Part shown: positions 10,649 to 24,417 of the stretch, in pieces
Layout: each line of letters opens with the position of its first letter
Numbering within the stretch: position 1 is the first letter of the stretch
NCBI GenBank assembly: GCA_026770705.1
Contig: JANJGN010000150.1
Span: forward strand, 992,168-1,056,000
Direction: 5' to 3'
Length of the DNA stretch: 63,833 bases
Origin: Isurus oxyrinchus
Lineage: Eukaryota
Notes under the pieces: generated by a model
The model's database searches: none
Seen by the model: the letters and a program-made list of their open reading frames with translations, nothing else
Told to the model about the DNA's origin: nothing
Translations under genes and position numbers: made by a program

Positions 10649-12318
10649 GTAATATCATCGTCAGCTCGGACAGATTTATGGTTAATTGTCTTTGTAAAAG
10701 ATCATTTTTATTGCGCTCTGATTGGGCAGTGATTCTGCAGTGAGACAGTGTACAAACTCACACCAAGTCCCATTCACCCATCACCCCTGTGCTCACTGAT
10801 ATACACTGACTCCCTGTCTGACAGCAGAATTGGAGGAGAGCAGAAGTCCTGGATGGTTGTAGGGGCTGGAGGAGGTTAGAGGGTTAGGCAGGATTGTAGC
10901 AGCTAGATCAGAATCTTAATCTTCAGGTGATGTCGGATGCTGGTCAGTGAGTCATGGGGAGTGATGAGTTGAGCAGTAAATTAGGAATAAACACTGGGAG
11001 ATGAAGTCTATCCCGATGCTTGGACTCTGAAAGCAATAACCTGAAATGTGTGTCTTTTGCAGATTTTAGACAGAAATTCCCATGAAGACAACACAGCAGC
11101 TCCTAGAATAGACAGGCTGTTCAGTGTCACACTTCCTGTCCATTCTCACCATGCTAGATACTTCAATAAGGGAGCAAGATAACTGAAAGAGAGAAGGAAG
11201 GTAAAGCTGTCTGTGTGTAAAACTGTCAAATATTCTGAGTTATCATGAGTGTATCTGATCTGCTGCAGAGTTTAAATTTCACAGAATCTTAGCACTTTGC
11301 AGCTCAGAGAGAGACCATTGACTCACTGCCTGAAAGGGCGGTGGAAGCAGATTCAACAGGAACTTTCAGAAGGGGAACTGGATAAATACTTGAAGGGGAA
11401 ATTTTGCAGGGCTTTGGAGGAGAGAGCAGAGGAGAGCGTGGGAATAATTAAACAGATATTTCAAAGCCTCAACAATTCACAATCAATATTGGTGACTTGG
11501 ATGAAGGGACTGACTGTACTGTAGGCAGATTTTCTGACTATGTCTGAAAGCAAGTTGTGAGGAGGACACAAAGAGGCTGCAGAGGGAGATAAATAGTTTC
11601 AGTGGGTGGACAAAAAAATGAATGGTTGGCATATAAGGACGGAAAATGTCAGGGTGTCCAGCTGATCCTACTTGTTATGTTCTTATATTCTTATACAGAC
11701 ACAGGGTTTACTGTCAGTGCACAGCAAAGTGCTGTTCTGTCACTTTGTTCCAACTTCCTCTTTTTGTCTCACAGAGATACATCAGCTCTTTCTAATTAAG
11801 CACAGGAAGAGGTCATTCAGCCCAAGCAGAGCGTGTGGGCAGTTCCTCCCCAGGCGAGCAGTCGGACAGGTCCTGGGTAAGTAACGGAACGATTGGAATT
11901 CACTTCCACGACCAACACCGTCCTTTGTTGATGTTGTGACTTTATAAAGAGAGATTCCAATGATTGATGCCTTTGAAAGATTTCTACTGATTATTGAGAT
12001 CTGTGTGTGAGACTCAAGTCTGTCATACAGAGTATCTTTCTGGCTGAAGGGATGAGGGAAGTGCAGAGACATAAGCTTTGGGATGCCCTGAGGTGGTGAA
12101 AGGCGCTATAGAAATACAAATCCTTCATTTTTTTAAAGCCTTGAAACTCCCTGCATAGCACCTATCATCCCACAGCGAACCAAATTAGTCTGTGAAGACA
12201 TTGTCTAAAAACAGTTCTGATCTCTCGAGAGCTGTCGGACAAGAGGTGAGGTCTCATTAAATCCTTTCTCTTTCAGAGTTTGAGAGTGAGAAGCTGATGG
12301 AATTTCTGGGAGTGGACG

Positions 12319-12358
12319 ATGGTCTGGAAATCGTACTTCCTCCTGTCACTTCTCCAAG
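12319..12358 (+). CDS. Leader exon coding part, unit 2: MVWKSYFLLSLLQ
   Basis: Intact ATG, frame and phase-1 donor. Confidence 0.55.
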
Positions 12359-14060
12359 GTAATATCATCAGCTCGGACAGGTTTAATGGTAATAGTCTTT
12401 GTAAAAGATCATTCTTATTGAGCTGTGATTGGGAACCGATTCAGGAGTGAGCCAGTGTACAAACTCACACCATGTCCCATTCACCCACCATCCCTGTGCT
12501 CACTGATATACACTGACTCCCTGTCTCACAGCAGAATTGGAGGGGAGCAGAGATCTCAGAGTGTGGTAGGGGCTGGAGGAGGTTACAGATTTGGGCAGGA
12601 TTGTAGCGGCGAGAGCAGATGTCGGGTGTTGGTCAGTGAGCGAGGGGGATGATGGGTTGAGCAGGAAATCAGGGATGAAAACTGGGGGATGAGGTCTATC
12701 CCGATGCTAGGACTATGAGAGCTATAACCTGAAATTAGTGTCTTTTGCTTATTTTGGCCAGAATTTCCCATGAAGACAACACAGCAGCTCCTAGAATAGA
12801 CAGGATGTTCAGTGTCACACTTCCTGTCCATTCTCACCTTGCTAGAAACTTTAATAAGGGAGCAAGATAACTGAAAGACAGAAAGGAGGGAAAGCTGTCT
12901 ATGTGTAAAACTGTCAAATATTCTGAGTTATCATGAGTGTCTCTGATCTGCTGCAGAGTTTAAATTTCAGAGAATCTTAGCATTTTGCAGCTCAGATAGA
13001 CACCATTGACTCACTGCCTGAAAGGGCGGTGGAAGCAGAATCAACAGGAACTTTCAGAAGGGGAACTGGATAATTACTTGAAGGGGACATTTTGTAGGGC
13101 TGTGGAGGAGAGAGCAGAGGTGAGTGTGGGAATAAGTGGACAGATCTTTCAAAGCCTCAACTATTCACAATCTACATTAATGACTTGGATGAAGGGACTG
13201 ACTGTACTGTAGACAGATTTTCTGACTGTATGGTGAAGATAGGTAGGAAATATATAAGCTGGGCAGGAAAGCAAGTTGTGAGGAGGACACAAAGAGGCTG
13301 CAGAGGCAGATAAATAGTTTCAGTGAGTGGATAAAAAAATGAATGGTTGGCATATAAGGAGGGAAAATGTCAGGGTGTCCAGCTGATCCTATTTGTTCTG
13401 TTCTTATATTCTTATACAGACACAGGGTTTACTGACAGTGCACAGCAAAGTGCTGTTCACTCACTTTGTTCCAACTTCCTCATTTTGTCTCACAGTGACA
13501 CATCAACCTTTTCTAATTAAATACACAGAGGGAGCAGCACAGGAAGAGGTCATTCAGCCCAAGCAGAGCGTGTGGGCAGTTCCTCCCCAGGCGAGCAGTC
13601 GGACAGGTCCTGGGTAAGTAACGGAACGATTGGAATTCACTTCCACCACCAACACCGTCCTTTGTTGATGTTGTGACTTTATAAAGACAGATTCCAATGA
13701 TTGATGCCTTTGAAAGATTTCTACTGATTATTGAGATCTGTGTGTGAGACTCAAGTCTGTTGTACAGAACATCTTTCTAGCTCAAGGGATGAGGGAAGTG
13801 CAGGGACATGAGCTTTGGGATGCCCTGAGGTGGTGAAAGGTGCTATAGAAATGTAAACCCTTCATTTTTTTTTCTTAAAGCCTTGTAACTCCCTGCATAG
13901 CACCTATCATTCCACAGAGAGTCAAATTAATCTGTGAAGACATTGTCTAAAAGCAGTTCTGATCTCTCGAGAGCTGTCGGACAAGAGGTGAGGTCTCAGT
14001 AACTCCTTTCTCTTTCAGAGCTTGAGAGTGAGAAGCTGATGGCATTTCTGGGAGTGGACG

Positions 14061-14100
14061 ATGATCGGGAAATCTTACTTCGTCCTGTCACTTCTCCAAG
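14061..14100 (+). CDS. Leader exon coding part, unit 3: MIGKSYFVLSLLQ
   Basis: Intact; donor gtatta. Confidence 0.55.
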
Positions 14101-15804
14101 GTATTATCACCGTCAGCTCGGACAATTTATGGTTAATAGTCTTTGTAAAAGATCATTCTTATTGATCTGTGATTGGGAACCGATTCAGGGGTGAGCCAGT
14201 GTACAAATTCACACCAAGTCCCATTCACCCACCATCACTGTGCTCACTTATATACACTGACTCCCTGTCTGTCAGCAGAATTGGAGGAGAGCAGAGATCT
14301 CAGAGTGAGGTAGGGGCTGGAGGAGGTTACAGAGTTGGGCAGGATTGTAGCAGCTAGACCAGATATCCGTCGTTGGTCAGTGAGCGAGGGCGATGATGGG
14401 TTGAGCAGGAAATCAAGGATAAAAACTGGGGTTGAAGTCTATCCTGATGCTAAGACTATGATAGCTATAACCTGAAATTAGTGTCTTTTGCTGATTTTAG
14501 TCAGAATTTCCCATGAAGACAACACAGCAGCTCCTAGAATAGACAGGCTGTTCAACCTGACACTTCCTGTCCATTCTCACCATGCTAGAAAAATCAATAA
14601 GGGCTCAAGATAACTGAAAGAGAGAAGGGAGGCAAAGCTGTCTGTGTGTAAAACAGTCAAATATTCTGAGTTATCATGATTGTCTCTGATCTGCTGCAGA
14701 GTTTAAATTTCACAGAATCTGAGCACTTTGCAGCTCAGAGAGAGACCATTGACTCACTGCCTGAAAGGGCGGTGGAAGCAGATTCAACAGGAACTTTCAG
14801 AAGGGGAACTGGATAAATACTTGAAGGGGACATTTTGTAGGGCTGTGGAGGAGAGAGCAGAAGTGAGAGTGGGACTAATTGGACAGATCTTTCAAAGCCT
14901 CAACTATTCACAATCTATATTAGTAACTTGGATGAAGGGACAGACTGTACTGTAGGCAAATTTTCTGACTGTGTGGTGAAGATAGGTACGAAATATTTAA
15001 GCTGGGCAGGAAAGTAAGTTGTGAGGAGGACACAAAGAGGCTGCAGAGGGAGATAAATAGTTTCAGTGAGTGGATAAAAAAATGAGCGGATGGAATATAA
15101 GGAATGAAAATATCAGGGTGTCCAGCTGATCCTACTTGTTCTGTTCTTATATTCTTATACAGACACAGGGTTTACTGACAGTGCACAGCAAAGTGCTGTT
15201 CTCTCACTTTGTTCCAACTTCCTCATTTTGTCTCACAGTGACACATCAACCCTTTCTAATTAAATACACAAAGGGAGCAGCACAGGAAGAGGTCATTCAG
15301 CTCAAGCAGAGCGTGTGGGCAGTTCCTCCCCAGGCGAGCAGTCGGACAGGTCCTGGGTAAGTAACGGAACGATTGGAATTCACTTCCACGACCAACATCG
15401 TCCTATGTTGATGTTGTGACTTTATAAACACAGATTCCAATGATTGATGCCTTTGAAAGATTTCTACTGATTATTGAGATCTGGGTGTGAGATTCAAGTC
15501 TATTGTACAGAACAGTTTTCTAGCTCAATAGATGAGGGAAGTGCAGAGACATGAAATTTGGGATTCCTAGATGGTGAAAGGCGCTATGGAAATGCAAGTC
15601 CTTCCTTGTTTTTCTTTCTTAAAGCCTTGTAACTCTCTGTAGAGCACCTATCATCCCACAGAGAATCAAATTAGTCAGTGAAGACATTGTCTAAAAGCAG
15701 TACTGATCTCTTGAGAGCTGTCAGACAAGAGGTGAGGTCTCATTAAATCCTTTTTCTTTCAGAGCTTGAGAGTGAGAAACTGATGAAATATCTGGGAGTG
15801 GACA

Positions 15805-15844
15805 ATAATCGGGAAATCTTACTTCGTCCTGTTGCTTCTCCAAG
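15805..15844 (+). pseudogene. Leader exon copy, unit 4, start codon lost (ATG>ATA)
   Basis: gacaATAatcgggaaa. Confidence 0.7.
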
Positions 15845-17568
15845 GTAATATCGTCAGCTCGAACAGATTTATGGTTAATAGTCTTTGTAAAAGATCATTC
15901 TCATTGAGCTGTGATTGGGAACTGATTCAGCAGTGAGCCAGTGTACAAACTCACACCAAGTCCCATTCACCCATCACCACTGTGCTCACTGGTATACACT
16001 GACTCCCTGTCTGACTGCAGAATTGGAGGACAGCAGAAGTCTTGGATGCTTGTAGATGCTGGAGGAGGTTACAGAGTTAGGCAGGATTGTAGCAGCGAGA
16101 GCAGAACCTTAAAATTCAGGTGATGTCGGACGTTAGACAGTGAGCAATGGGGATTGATGGGATGAGTAGAGAAGCAGGGAGAAATACTGGGGTATGAAGT
16201 CTATCCTGTTGCGAGGTCTCCGATAGCAATGGTCTGAAATTTGTTTCCTTTGCTGCCTTTATTCAAAATTTCCCATGTAGACAGCGCAGCAGCTCCTCGA
16301 ATAGACAGGTTGTTCAGCATTGCACTTCCTGTCCATTCTCACCATGCTAGATACTTCAATAAGGGAGCAAGATAACTGAAAGAGAAAAGGAAGGCTAAGC
16401 TCTCTCTGTGTAAATGTCTCAAATATTCTGAGTTAACCTGAGTGTCTGATCCACTGCAGAGTATAAATTTCACAGAATCTTAGCACTTTGCAGCTCAGAG
16501 AGAGACCATTGACTCACTGCCTGAAAGGGCGGTGGAAGCTGATTCAGCAAGAACTTTCAGAAGGGAAATTGGGTAAATACTTAAAGGGGACATTTTGTAG
16601 GGCTGTGGAGAAGAGAGAGCAGAGGTGAGAGTGGGAATAATTGGACAGATCTTTCAAAGCCTCAACTATTCACAATCGACATTAGTGACTTGGATGAAGA
16701 GACTGACTTCAATGTAGACAGATTTTCTGACTGTATGGTGCAGATAGCTAGGAAATATATAAGCTGAGCAGGAAAGCAAGTTGTGAGGTGGACACAAAGA
16801 GGCTGCAGAGGGAGATAAATAGTTTCAGTGAGTGGATAAAAAAATGAGTGGTTGGCATATAAGGAGGGAAAATGTTTTGGTGTCCAGCTGATCCTACTTG
16901 TTCTGTTCTTATATTCTTATACAGACACAGGGTTTACTGACAGTGCACAGCAAAGTGCTGTTCACTCACTTTGTTCCAACTTCCTCATTTTGTCTCACAG
17001 TGACACATCAGCTCTTTCTAATTAAATACACAGAGGGAGCAGCACAGGAAGAGGTCATTCAGCCCAAGCAGAGCGTGTGGGCAGTTCCTCCCCAGGCGAG
17101 CAGTCGGACAGGTCCTGGGTAAGTAACGAATCAATTGGAATTCACTTCCACGACCAACACCGTCCTTTGTTGATGTTGTGACTTTATAAAGACAGATTCC
17201 AATGATTGATGTCTTTGAAAGATTTCTACTGATTATTGAGATCCGAGCGTGAGGCTCAAGTCTGTTGTACAGAACATCTTTCTAGCTCAAGGGATGAGGG
17301 AAGTGCAGAGACATGAGTTTTGGGATGTCCTGAGGTGGTGAAAGGTGCTATAGAAATGAAAGTCCTTCCTTGTTTTTCTTTCTTAAAGCCTTGTTACTCT
17401 CTGCAGAGCGCCTATCATCGCACAGAGAATGAAATTAGTCGGTGAAGACATTGTCTAAAAGCAGTTCTGATCTCTCGACTGCTGTTGGACAAGAGGTGAG
17501 GTCTCATTAACTCCTTTCTCTTTCACAGTTTGAGAGTGAGAAGTGAATGGAATATCTGGGAGTGGACA

Positions 17569-17608
17569 ATGATCGGGAAATCTTACTTCTTCCTGTCACT
17601 TCTCCAAG
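17569..17608 (+). CDS. Leader exon coding part, unit 5: MIGKSYFFLSLLQ
   Basis: Intact ATG, frame and donor. Confidence 0.55.
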
Positions 17609-19316
17609 GTAATATCATCGTCAGCTCAGACAGTTTTATGGTTAATAGTCTTTGTAAAAGATCATTCTTATTGAGCTGTGATTGGGAACTGATTCAGCAG
17701 TGAGCCAGTGTACAAACTCACACCATATCCCATTCACCCATCACCCCTGTGCTCACTGATGTACACTGACTCCCTGTCTGACAGCAGAATTGGAGGAGAG
17801 CAGAGGTCTTGGAGGGTTGTAGGGGCTGGAGAAGGTTACAGAGTTGGGCAGGGTTGTAGCGGTGAGATCAGATGTCAGGCGTTGGCCAGTGAGCGAGGCG
17901 GAGTGATGTTTTGAGCAGGAAATCAGGGATGAAAACTGGGGGATGAAGTCTATCCCGATGCTAGGACTATGATAGCTATAACCTGAAATTTGTATCCTTT
18001 GCTGATCTTAGTTAGAATTTCCCATGAAGACAACACAGCAGCTCCTCGAATAGACAGGCTGTTCAGTGTCACACTTCCTGTCCATTCTCACCATGCTAGA
18101 AACTTTGATAAGGGGCAAGATAACTGAAAGAGAGAAGGGAGGCAACGCTGTCTGTGTGTACAACTGTCAAATATTCTGAGTTCACATGAGTGTCTCTGAT
18201 CTGCTGCAGAGTTTAAATTTCACAGAATCTGAGCTCTTTGCAGCTCAGAGAGAGACCATTGACTCACTGCCTGAAAGGGCGGTGGAAGCAGATTCAACAG
18301 GAACTTTCAGAAGGGGAACTGGATAAATACTTGAAGGGGACATTTTGTAGGGCTGTGGAGGAGAGAGAAGAGGTTAGAGTGGGACTAATTGGACAGATCT
18401 TTCAAAGCCTCAACTATTCACAATCTACATTAGTAACTTGGATGAAGGGACTGACTGGACTGTCGGCAGATTTTCTGACTGTATGGTGCAGATAGGTACG
18501 AAATATATAAGCTGGGCAGGAAAGTAAGTTGTGAGGAGGGCACAAAGAGGCTGGAGAGGGAGATAAATAGTTTCAGTGGGTGAATAAAAAAATGAGTGGA
18601 TGGAATATAAGGAATGAAAATGTCAGGGTGTCCAGCTGATCCTACTTGTTCTGTTCTTATATTCTTATATAGACACAAGGTTTACTGACAGTGCACAGCA
18701 AAGTGCTGTTCTCTCACTTTGTTCCAACTTCCTCATTTTGTCTCACAGTGACACATCAGCTCTTTCTAATTAAACACACAGAGGGAGCAGCACAGGAAGA
18801 GGTCATTCAGCCCAAGCAGAGCGTGTGGGCAGTTCCTCCCCAGGCGAGCAGTCGGACAGGTCCTGGGTAAGTAACGGAACGATTGGAATTCACTTCCACG
18901 ACCAATACCATCCTTTGTTGATGTTGTGACTTTATAAGGACAGATTCCAATGATTGATGCCTTTGAAAGATTTCTACTGATTATTGAGATCTGGGTGTGA
19001 GGCTCAAGCCTGTTGTGCAGAACATTTTTCTAGCTCAATAGATGAGGGAAGTGCAGAGACATGAGATTTGGGATGTCCTGAGGTGGTGAAAGGTGCTATA
19101 GGAATGCAAGTCCTTCCTTGTTTTTCTTTCTTTAAGCCATATAACTCTCTGTAGAGCACCTATCATCCCACAGAGAATCAAATTAGTCTGTGAAGACATT
19201 GTCTAAAAGCAGTTCTGATCTCTCGAGTGCTGTCGGACAAGAGGTGAGGTCTCATTAACTCATTTCTCTTTCAGAGCTTGAGAGTGAGAACCTGATGAAA
19301 TATCTGGGAGTGGACA

Positions 19317-19356
19317 ATGATTGGGAAATCTTACTTCCTCCTGTCACTTCTCCAAG
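19317..19356 (+). CDS. Leader exon coding part, unit 6: MIGKSYFLLSLLQ
   Basis: Intact ATG, frame and donor. Confidence 0.55.
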
Positions 19357-21076
19357 GTAATATCTTCAGCTCTGACAGATTTATGGGTAATAGTCTTTGT
19401 AAAAGAGCATTCTTATTGATCTGTGATTGGGAACCGATTCAGCAGTGACACGGTCTACAAACTCACACCAAGTCCCAATCACCAAACAGCCCTGTGCTCA
19501 CTTATATACACGGACTTCTTGCACGACAGCAGAATTGGAGGAGAGCAGAGGTCTTGGATGGTTGTAGAGTCTGGTGGAGGTTACAGAGTTAGACAGGTTT
19601 GTAGAAGCTAGAGCAGAATCTTAAAATTCAGTAGCTGTCAGACCTTTGTCAGTGAGCAATGGGGATTGAAGGGTCGAGTAGAGAAGCAGGGATAAATAAT
19701 GGGGGATGAAGTCCGTCCTAATGTGAGGTCTCCGATATCAATGGCCTGAAATATGTGCCCGTTGCTGCCTTTATTCGAAATTGCCCATGAAGACAACACA
19801 GTAGCTCCAAGAATAGACAGGCTGTTCAGTGTCACACTTCCTGTCCATTCTCACCTTGCTAGAAACTTCAATAAGGGAGCAAGATAACTGACAGAGAAAG
19901 GAAGGCAAAGCTGTCTGTGTGTAAAACTGTCAAATATTCTGAGTTCTCATGAGCGTCTCTGATCTGCTGCAGAGTTTAAATTTCACAGAATCTTAGCACT
20001 TTGCAGCTCAGAGAGAGACCATTGACTCACTGCCTGAAAGGGCAGTGGAAGCAGATTCAACAGGAACTTTCAGAAGGGGAACTGGATAAGTACTTGAAGG
20101 GGACATTTTGCAGGGCTGTGGAGGAGAGAGTAGAGCTGAGCGTGGGAATAATTGGACAGATCTTTCAAAGCCTCAACTATTCACAATCTACTTTAGTGAC
20201 TTGGATGAAGAGACTGATTGTACTGTCGGCAGATTTTCTGACTGTGTGGTGAAGATAGGTAGGAAATATGTAAGCTGGCCAGGAAAGCAAGTTGTGAGGA
20301 GGGCACAAAGAGGCGGTAGAGGGAGACAAATAGTTTTAGTGGGTGGACAAAAAAATGAATGGTTGGCATATAAGGGGGGAAATGTCAGGGTGTCCAGCTG
20401 ATTCTATTTGTTCTGTTCTTATATTCTTATACAGACACAGGGTTTACTGACAGTGCACAGCAAAGTGCTGTTCACTCACTTTGTTACAACTTCCTCATTT
20501 TGTCTCACATTGATACATCAGCTCTTTCTAATTAAATACACAGAGGGAGCAGCACAGGAAGAGGTCATTCAGCCCAAGCAAAGCGTGTGGGCAGTTCCTC
20601 CCCAGGCGAGCAGTCGGACAGGTCCTGGGTAAGTAACAGAATGATTGGAATTCACTTCCACGACCAACACCGTCCTTTTTGATGTTGTGACTTTCTAAAG
20701 ACAGATTCCAATGATTGATGCCTTTGAAAGATTTCTACTGATTATTGAGATCTGGGTGTGAGGTTCAAGTCTGTTGTACAGAACATCTTTCTAGCTCAAG
20801 GGATGAGACAAGTGCAGAGACATGAGATTTGGGATGTCCTAGATGGTGAAGAGCACTATTGAAATGCAAGTCCTTCCATGCTTTTCTTTCTTAAAGCCTT
20901 GTAGCTCACTGCAGAGCACCTATCATCCCGCAGAGAACCAAATTAGTCTATGAAGACATTGTCTAAAAGCAGTTCTGATCTCTCGAGAGCTGTCGGACAA
21001 GAGGTGAGGTCTCATTAAATCCATTTTCTTTCAGAGCTTGAGAGTGAGAAACTGATGAAATATCTGGGAGTGGACA

Positions 21077-21116
21077 ATGATCGGGAAATCTTACTTCGTC
21101 CTGTCGCTTCTCCAAG
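21077..21116 (+). CDS. Leader exon coding part, unit 7: MIGKSYFVLSLLQ
   Basis: Intact ATG, frame and donor. Confidence 0.55.
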
Positions 21117-24100
21117 GTAATATCATCAGCTTGAACAGATTTATGGTTAATAGTCTTTGTAAAAGATCATTCTCATTGATCTGTGATTGGGAACTGATTC
21201 AGCAGTGAGCCATTGTACAAACTCAAACCAAGTCTCATTCACCCATCACCCCTGTGCTCACTGGTATACACTGACTCCCTGTCTGACTGCAGAATTGGAG
21301 GAGAGCAGAGATCCTGGATGGTTGTAGAGGCTGGAGGAGGTTACATACTTAGGCAGGATAGTAGCAGCGAGAGCAGAATCTTAAAATTCAGGTGATGTCG
21401 GACATTGGACATTGAGCAATGGGGATTGATGGGTTGAGTAGAGAAGCAGGGATAAATACTGGGGAATGTAGTCTATTCTGCTGCAAGGTCTCCGATAGCA
21501 ATGGTCTGAAATTTGTGTCCTTTGCTGCCTTTATTCAAAATATCCCATGAAGACAACACAGCAGCTCCTAGAATAGACAGGCTGTTCAGTATCACGCTTC
21601 CTGTCCAGTATCACCATGCTAGATACTTCAATAAGGGAGCAAGATAACTGAAAGAGAAAAGGAAGGCTAAGCTCTCTCTGTGTAAATGTCTCAAATATTC
21701 TGAGTTCTCATGATTGTCTCTGATCTGCTGCAGAGTTTAAATTTCACAGAATCTTAGCACTTTGGAGTTCAGAGAGAAACCATTGACTCACTGCCTGAAA
21801 GGGCGGTGGAAACAGATTCAACAGGAACTTTCAGAAGTGGAACTGGGTAAATAGTTGAAGGGGACATTTTGTTGGGCTGTGGTGGAGAGAGCAGATGGGA
21901 GAGTGGGAATAATTGGACAGATCTTTCAAAGCCTCAACTATTCACAATCTACAATGGCGACTTGGATGAAGAGACTGACTGTACTGTAGACAGATTTTCT
22001 GTCTGGTGCAGATAGGTACGAAATATATAAGCTGTGCAGGAAAGCAAGTTGTGAGGAGGGCACAAAGAGGCTGGAGAGGCAGATAAATAGTTTCAGTGAG
22101 TGGATAAAAAAATGAGTGGTTGGCATATAAGGAGGGAAAATGTCAGGGTGTCCAGCTGATCCTACTTGTTCTGCTCTTATATTCTTATACAGACACAAGG
22201 TTTACTGACAGTGTACAGCAAAGTGCTGTTCTCTCACTTTGTTCCAACTTCCTCATTTTGACTCACAGTGAAATATCAGCTCTTTCTAATTAAATACACA
22301 GAGGGATCAGCACAGGAAGAGGTCATTCAGCCTTAGCAGAGCGTATGGGCATGCTCCTCCCCAGGCGAGCAGTCGGACAGGTCCTGGGTAAGTAACGGAA
22401 CAATTGGAATTCACTTCAATGACCAGCACCGGGCTTTAGTTGATGTTGGGACTTTATAAAGACAGATTCCAATGATTGATGCCTTTGAAAGATTTCTACT
22501 GATTATTGAGATCTGGGTGTGAGGCTCAAGTCTGTTGTACAGAACATCTTTCTAGCTCAAGGGATGAGGGAAGTGCAGAGACATGAGCTTTGGGATGTCC
22601 TGAGGTGGTGAAAGGTGCTATAGAAATGCAAGTCCTTCCTTGTTTTTCTTTCTTAAAGCCTTGTTACTCTCTGCAGAGCACCTATCATCGCACATAGAAT
22701 CAAATTAGTCGGTGAAGCCATTATTTAAAAGCAGTTCTGATCTCTCGACCGCTGTCCCATTCACACCAAGTCCCATTCACCCATCACCACTGTGCTCACT
22801 GGTATACACTGACTCCCTGTCTGATAGCAGAATTGGAGCAGAGCAGAGATCTTGGAGGGTTGTAGATGCTGGAGGAGGTTACAGAGTTAGGCAAGATTGT
22901 AGCAGCGAGAGCACAATCTTAAAATTCAGGTGCTGTCTGACATTGGTCAGTGAGCAATGGGGATTGATGGGTTGAGTAGAGAAGCAGGGATAAATACTGG
23001 GGGATGAAGTCTATTCTGCTACAAGGTCTCCGATAGCAATGGTCTGAAATTTGTATCCTTTGCTGCCTTTATTCAAAATTTCCCATGAAGACAACACAGC
23101 AGCTCCTAGAATAGACAGGCTGTTCAGTGTCACACTTCCTGTCCATTCTCACCTTGCTAGATACTTCAATAAGGGAGCAAGATAACTGAAAGAGAGAAGG
23201 AAGGTAAAGCTGTCTGTGTGTACAACTGTCAAATATTCTGAGTTATCATGAGTGTCTCTGACCTGCTGCAGAGTTTAAATTTCACAGAATCTGAGCACTT
23301 TGCAGCTCAGAGAGAGACCATTGACTCACTGCCTGAAAGGGCGGTGGAAGCAGATTCAACAGGAACTTTCAGAAGGGGAACTGGATAAATACTTGAAGGG
23401 GACATTTTGTAGGGCTGTGGAGGAGAGAGCAGAGGTGAGTGTGGGAATAATTAGACAGATCTTTCAAAGCCTCAACTATTCACAATCTACATTAGTAACT
23501 TGGATGAAGGGACTGACTGCACCGTAGGCAGATTTTCTGACTGTATGGTGCAGATAGGTACGAAATATATAAGCTGGGCAGGAAAGTAAATTGTGAGGGG
23601 GGACAAAGAGGCTGCAGAGGGAGATAAATAGTTTCAGTGGGTGAATAAAAAAATGAGTGGATGGAATATAAGGAATGAAAATGTCAGGGTGTCCAGCTGA
23701 TCCTACTTGTTCTGTTCTTATATTCTTATACAGACACAGGGTTTACTGACAGTGCACAGCAAAGTCCTGTTCTCTCACTTTGTTCCAGCTTCCTCATTTT
23801 GTCTCACAGTGACACATTCACCCTTTCTAATTAAATACACAGAGGGAGCAGCACAGGAAGAGGTCATTCAGCCCAAGCAGAGCGTGTGGGCAGTTCCTCC
23901 CCAGGCGAGCAGTCGGACAGGTCCTGGGTAAGTAACGGAACGATTGGAATTCACTTCCACCACCAATACCATCCTTTGTTGATGTTGTGACTTTATAAGG
24001 ACAGATTCCAATGATTGATGCCTTTGAAAGATTTCTACTGATTATTGAGATCTGAGTGTGAGGCTCAAGTCTGTTGTACAGAACATCTTTCTAGCTCAAT

Positions 24101-24377
24101 AGATGAGGGAAGTGCAGAGACATGAGATTTGGGATGTCCTGAGGTGGTGAAAGGTGCTATAGGAATGCAAGTCCTTCCTTGTTTTTCTTTCTTTAAGCCA
24201 TATAACTCTCTGTAGAGCACCTATCATCCCACAGAGAATCAAATTAGTCTGTGAAGACATTGTCTAAAAGCAGTTCTGATCTCTCGAGTGCTGTCGGACA
24301 AGAGGTGAGGTCTCATTAACTCATTTCTCTTTCAGAGCTTGAGAGTGAGAACCTGATGAAATATCTGGGAGTGGACA

Positions 24378-24417
24378 ATGATTGGGAAATCTTACTTCCT
24401 CCTGTCACTTCTCCAAG
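24378..24417 (+). CDS. Leader exon coding part, unit 9: MIGKSYFLLSLLQ
   Basis: Intact ATG, frame and donor. Confidence 0.55.
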
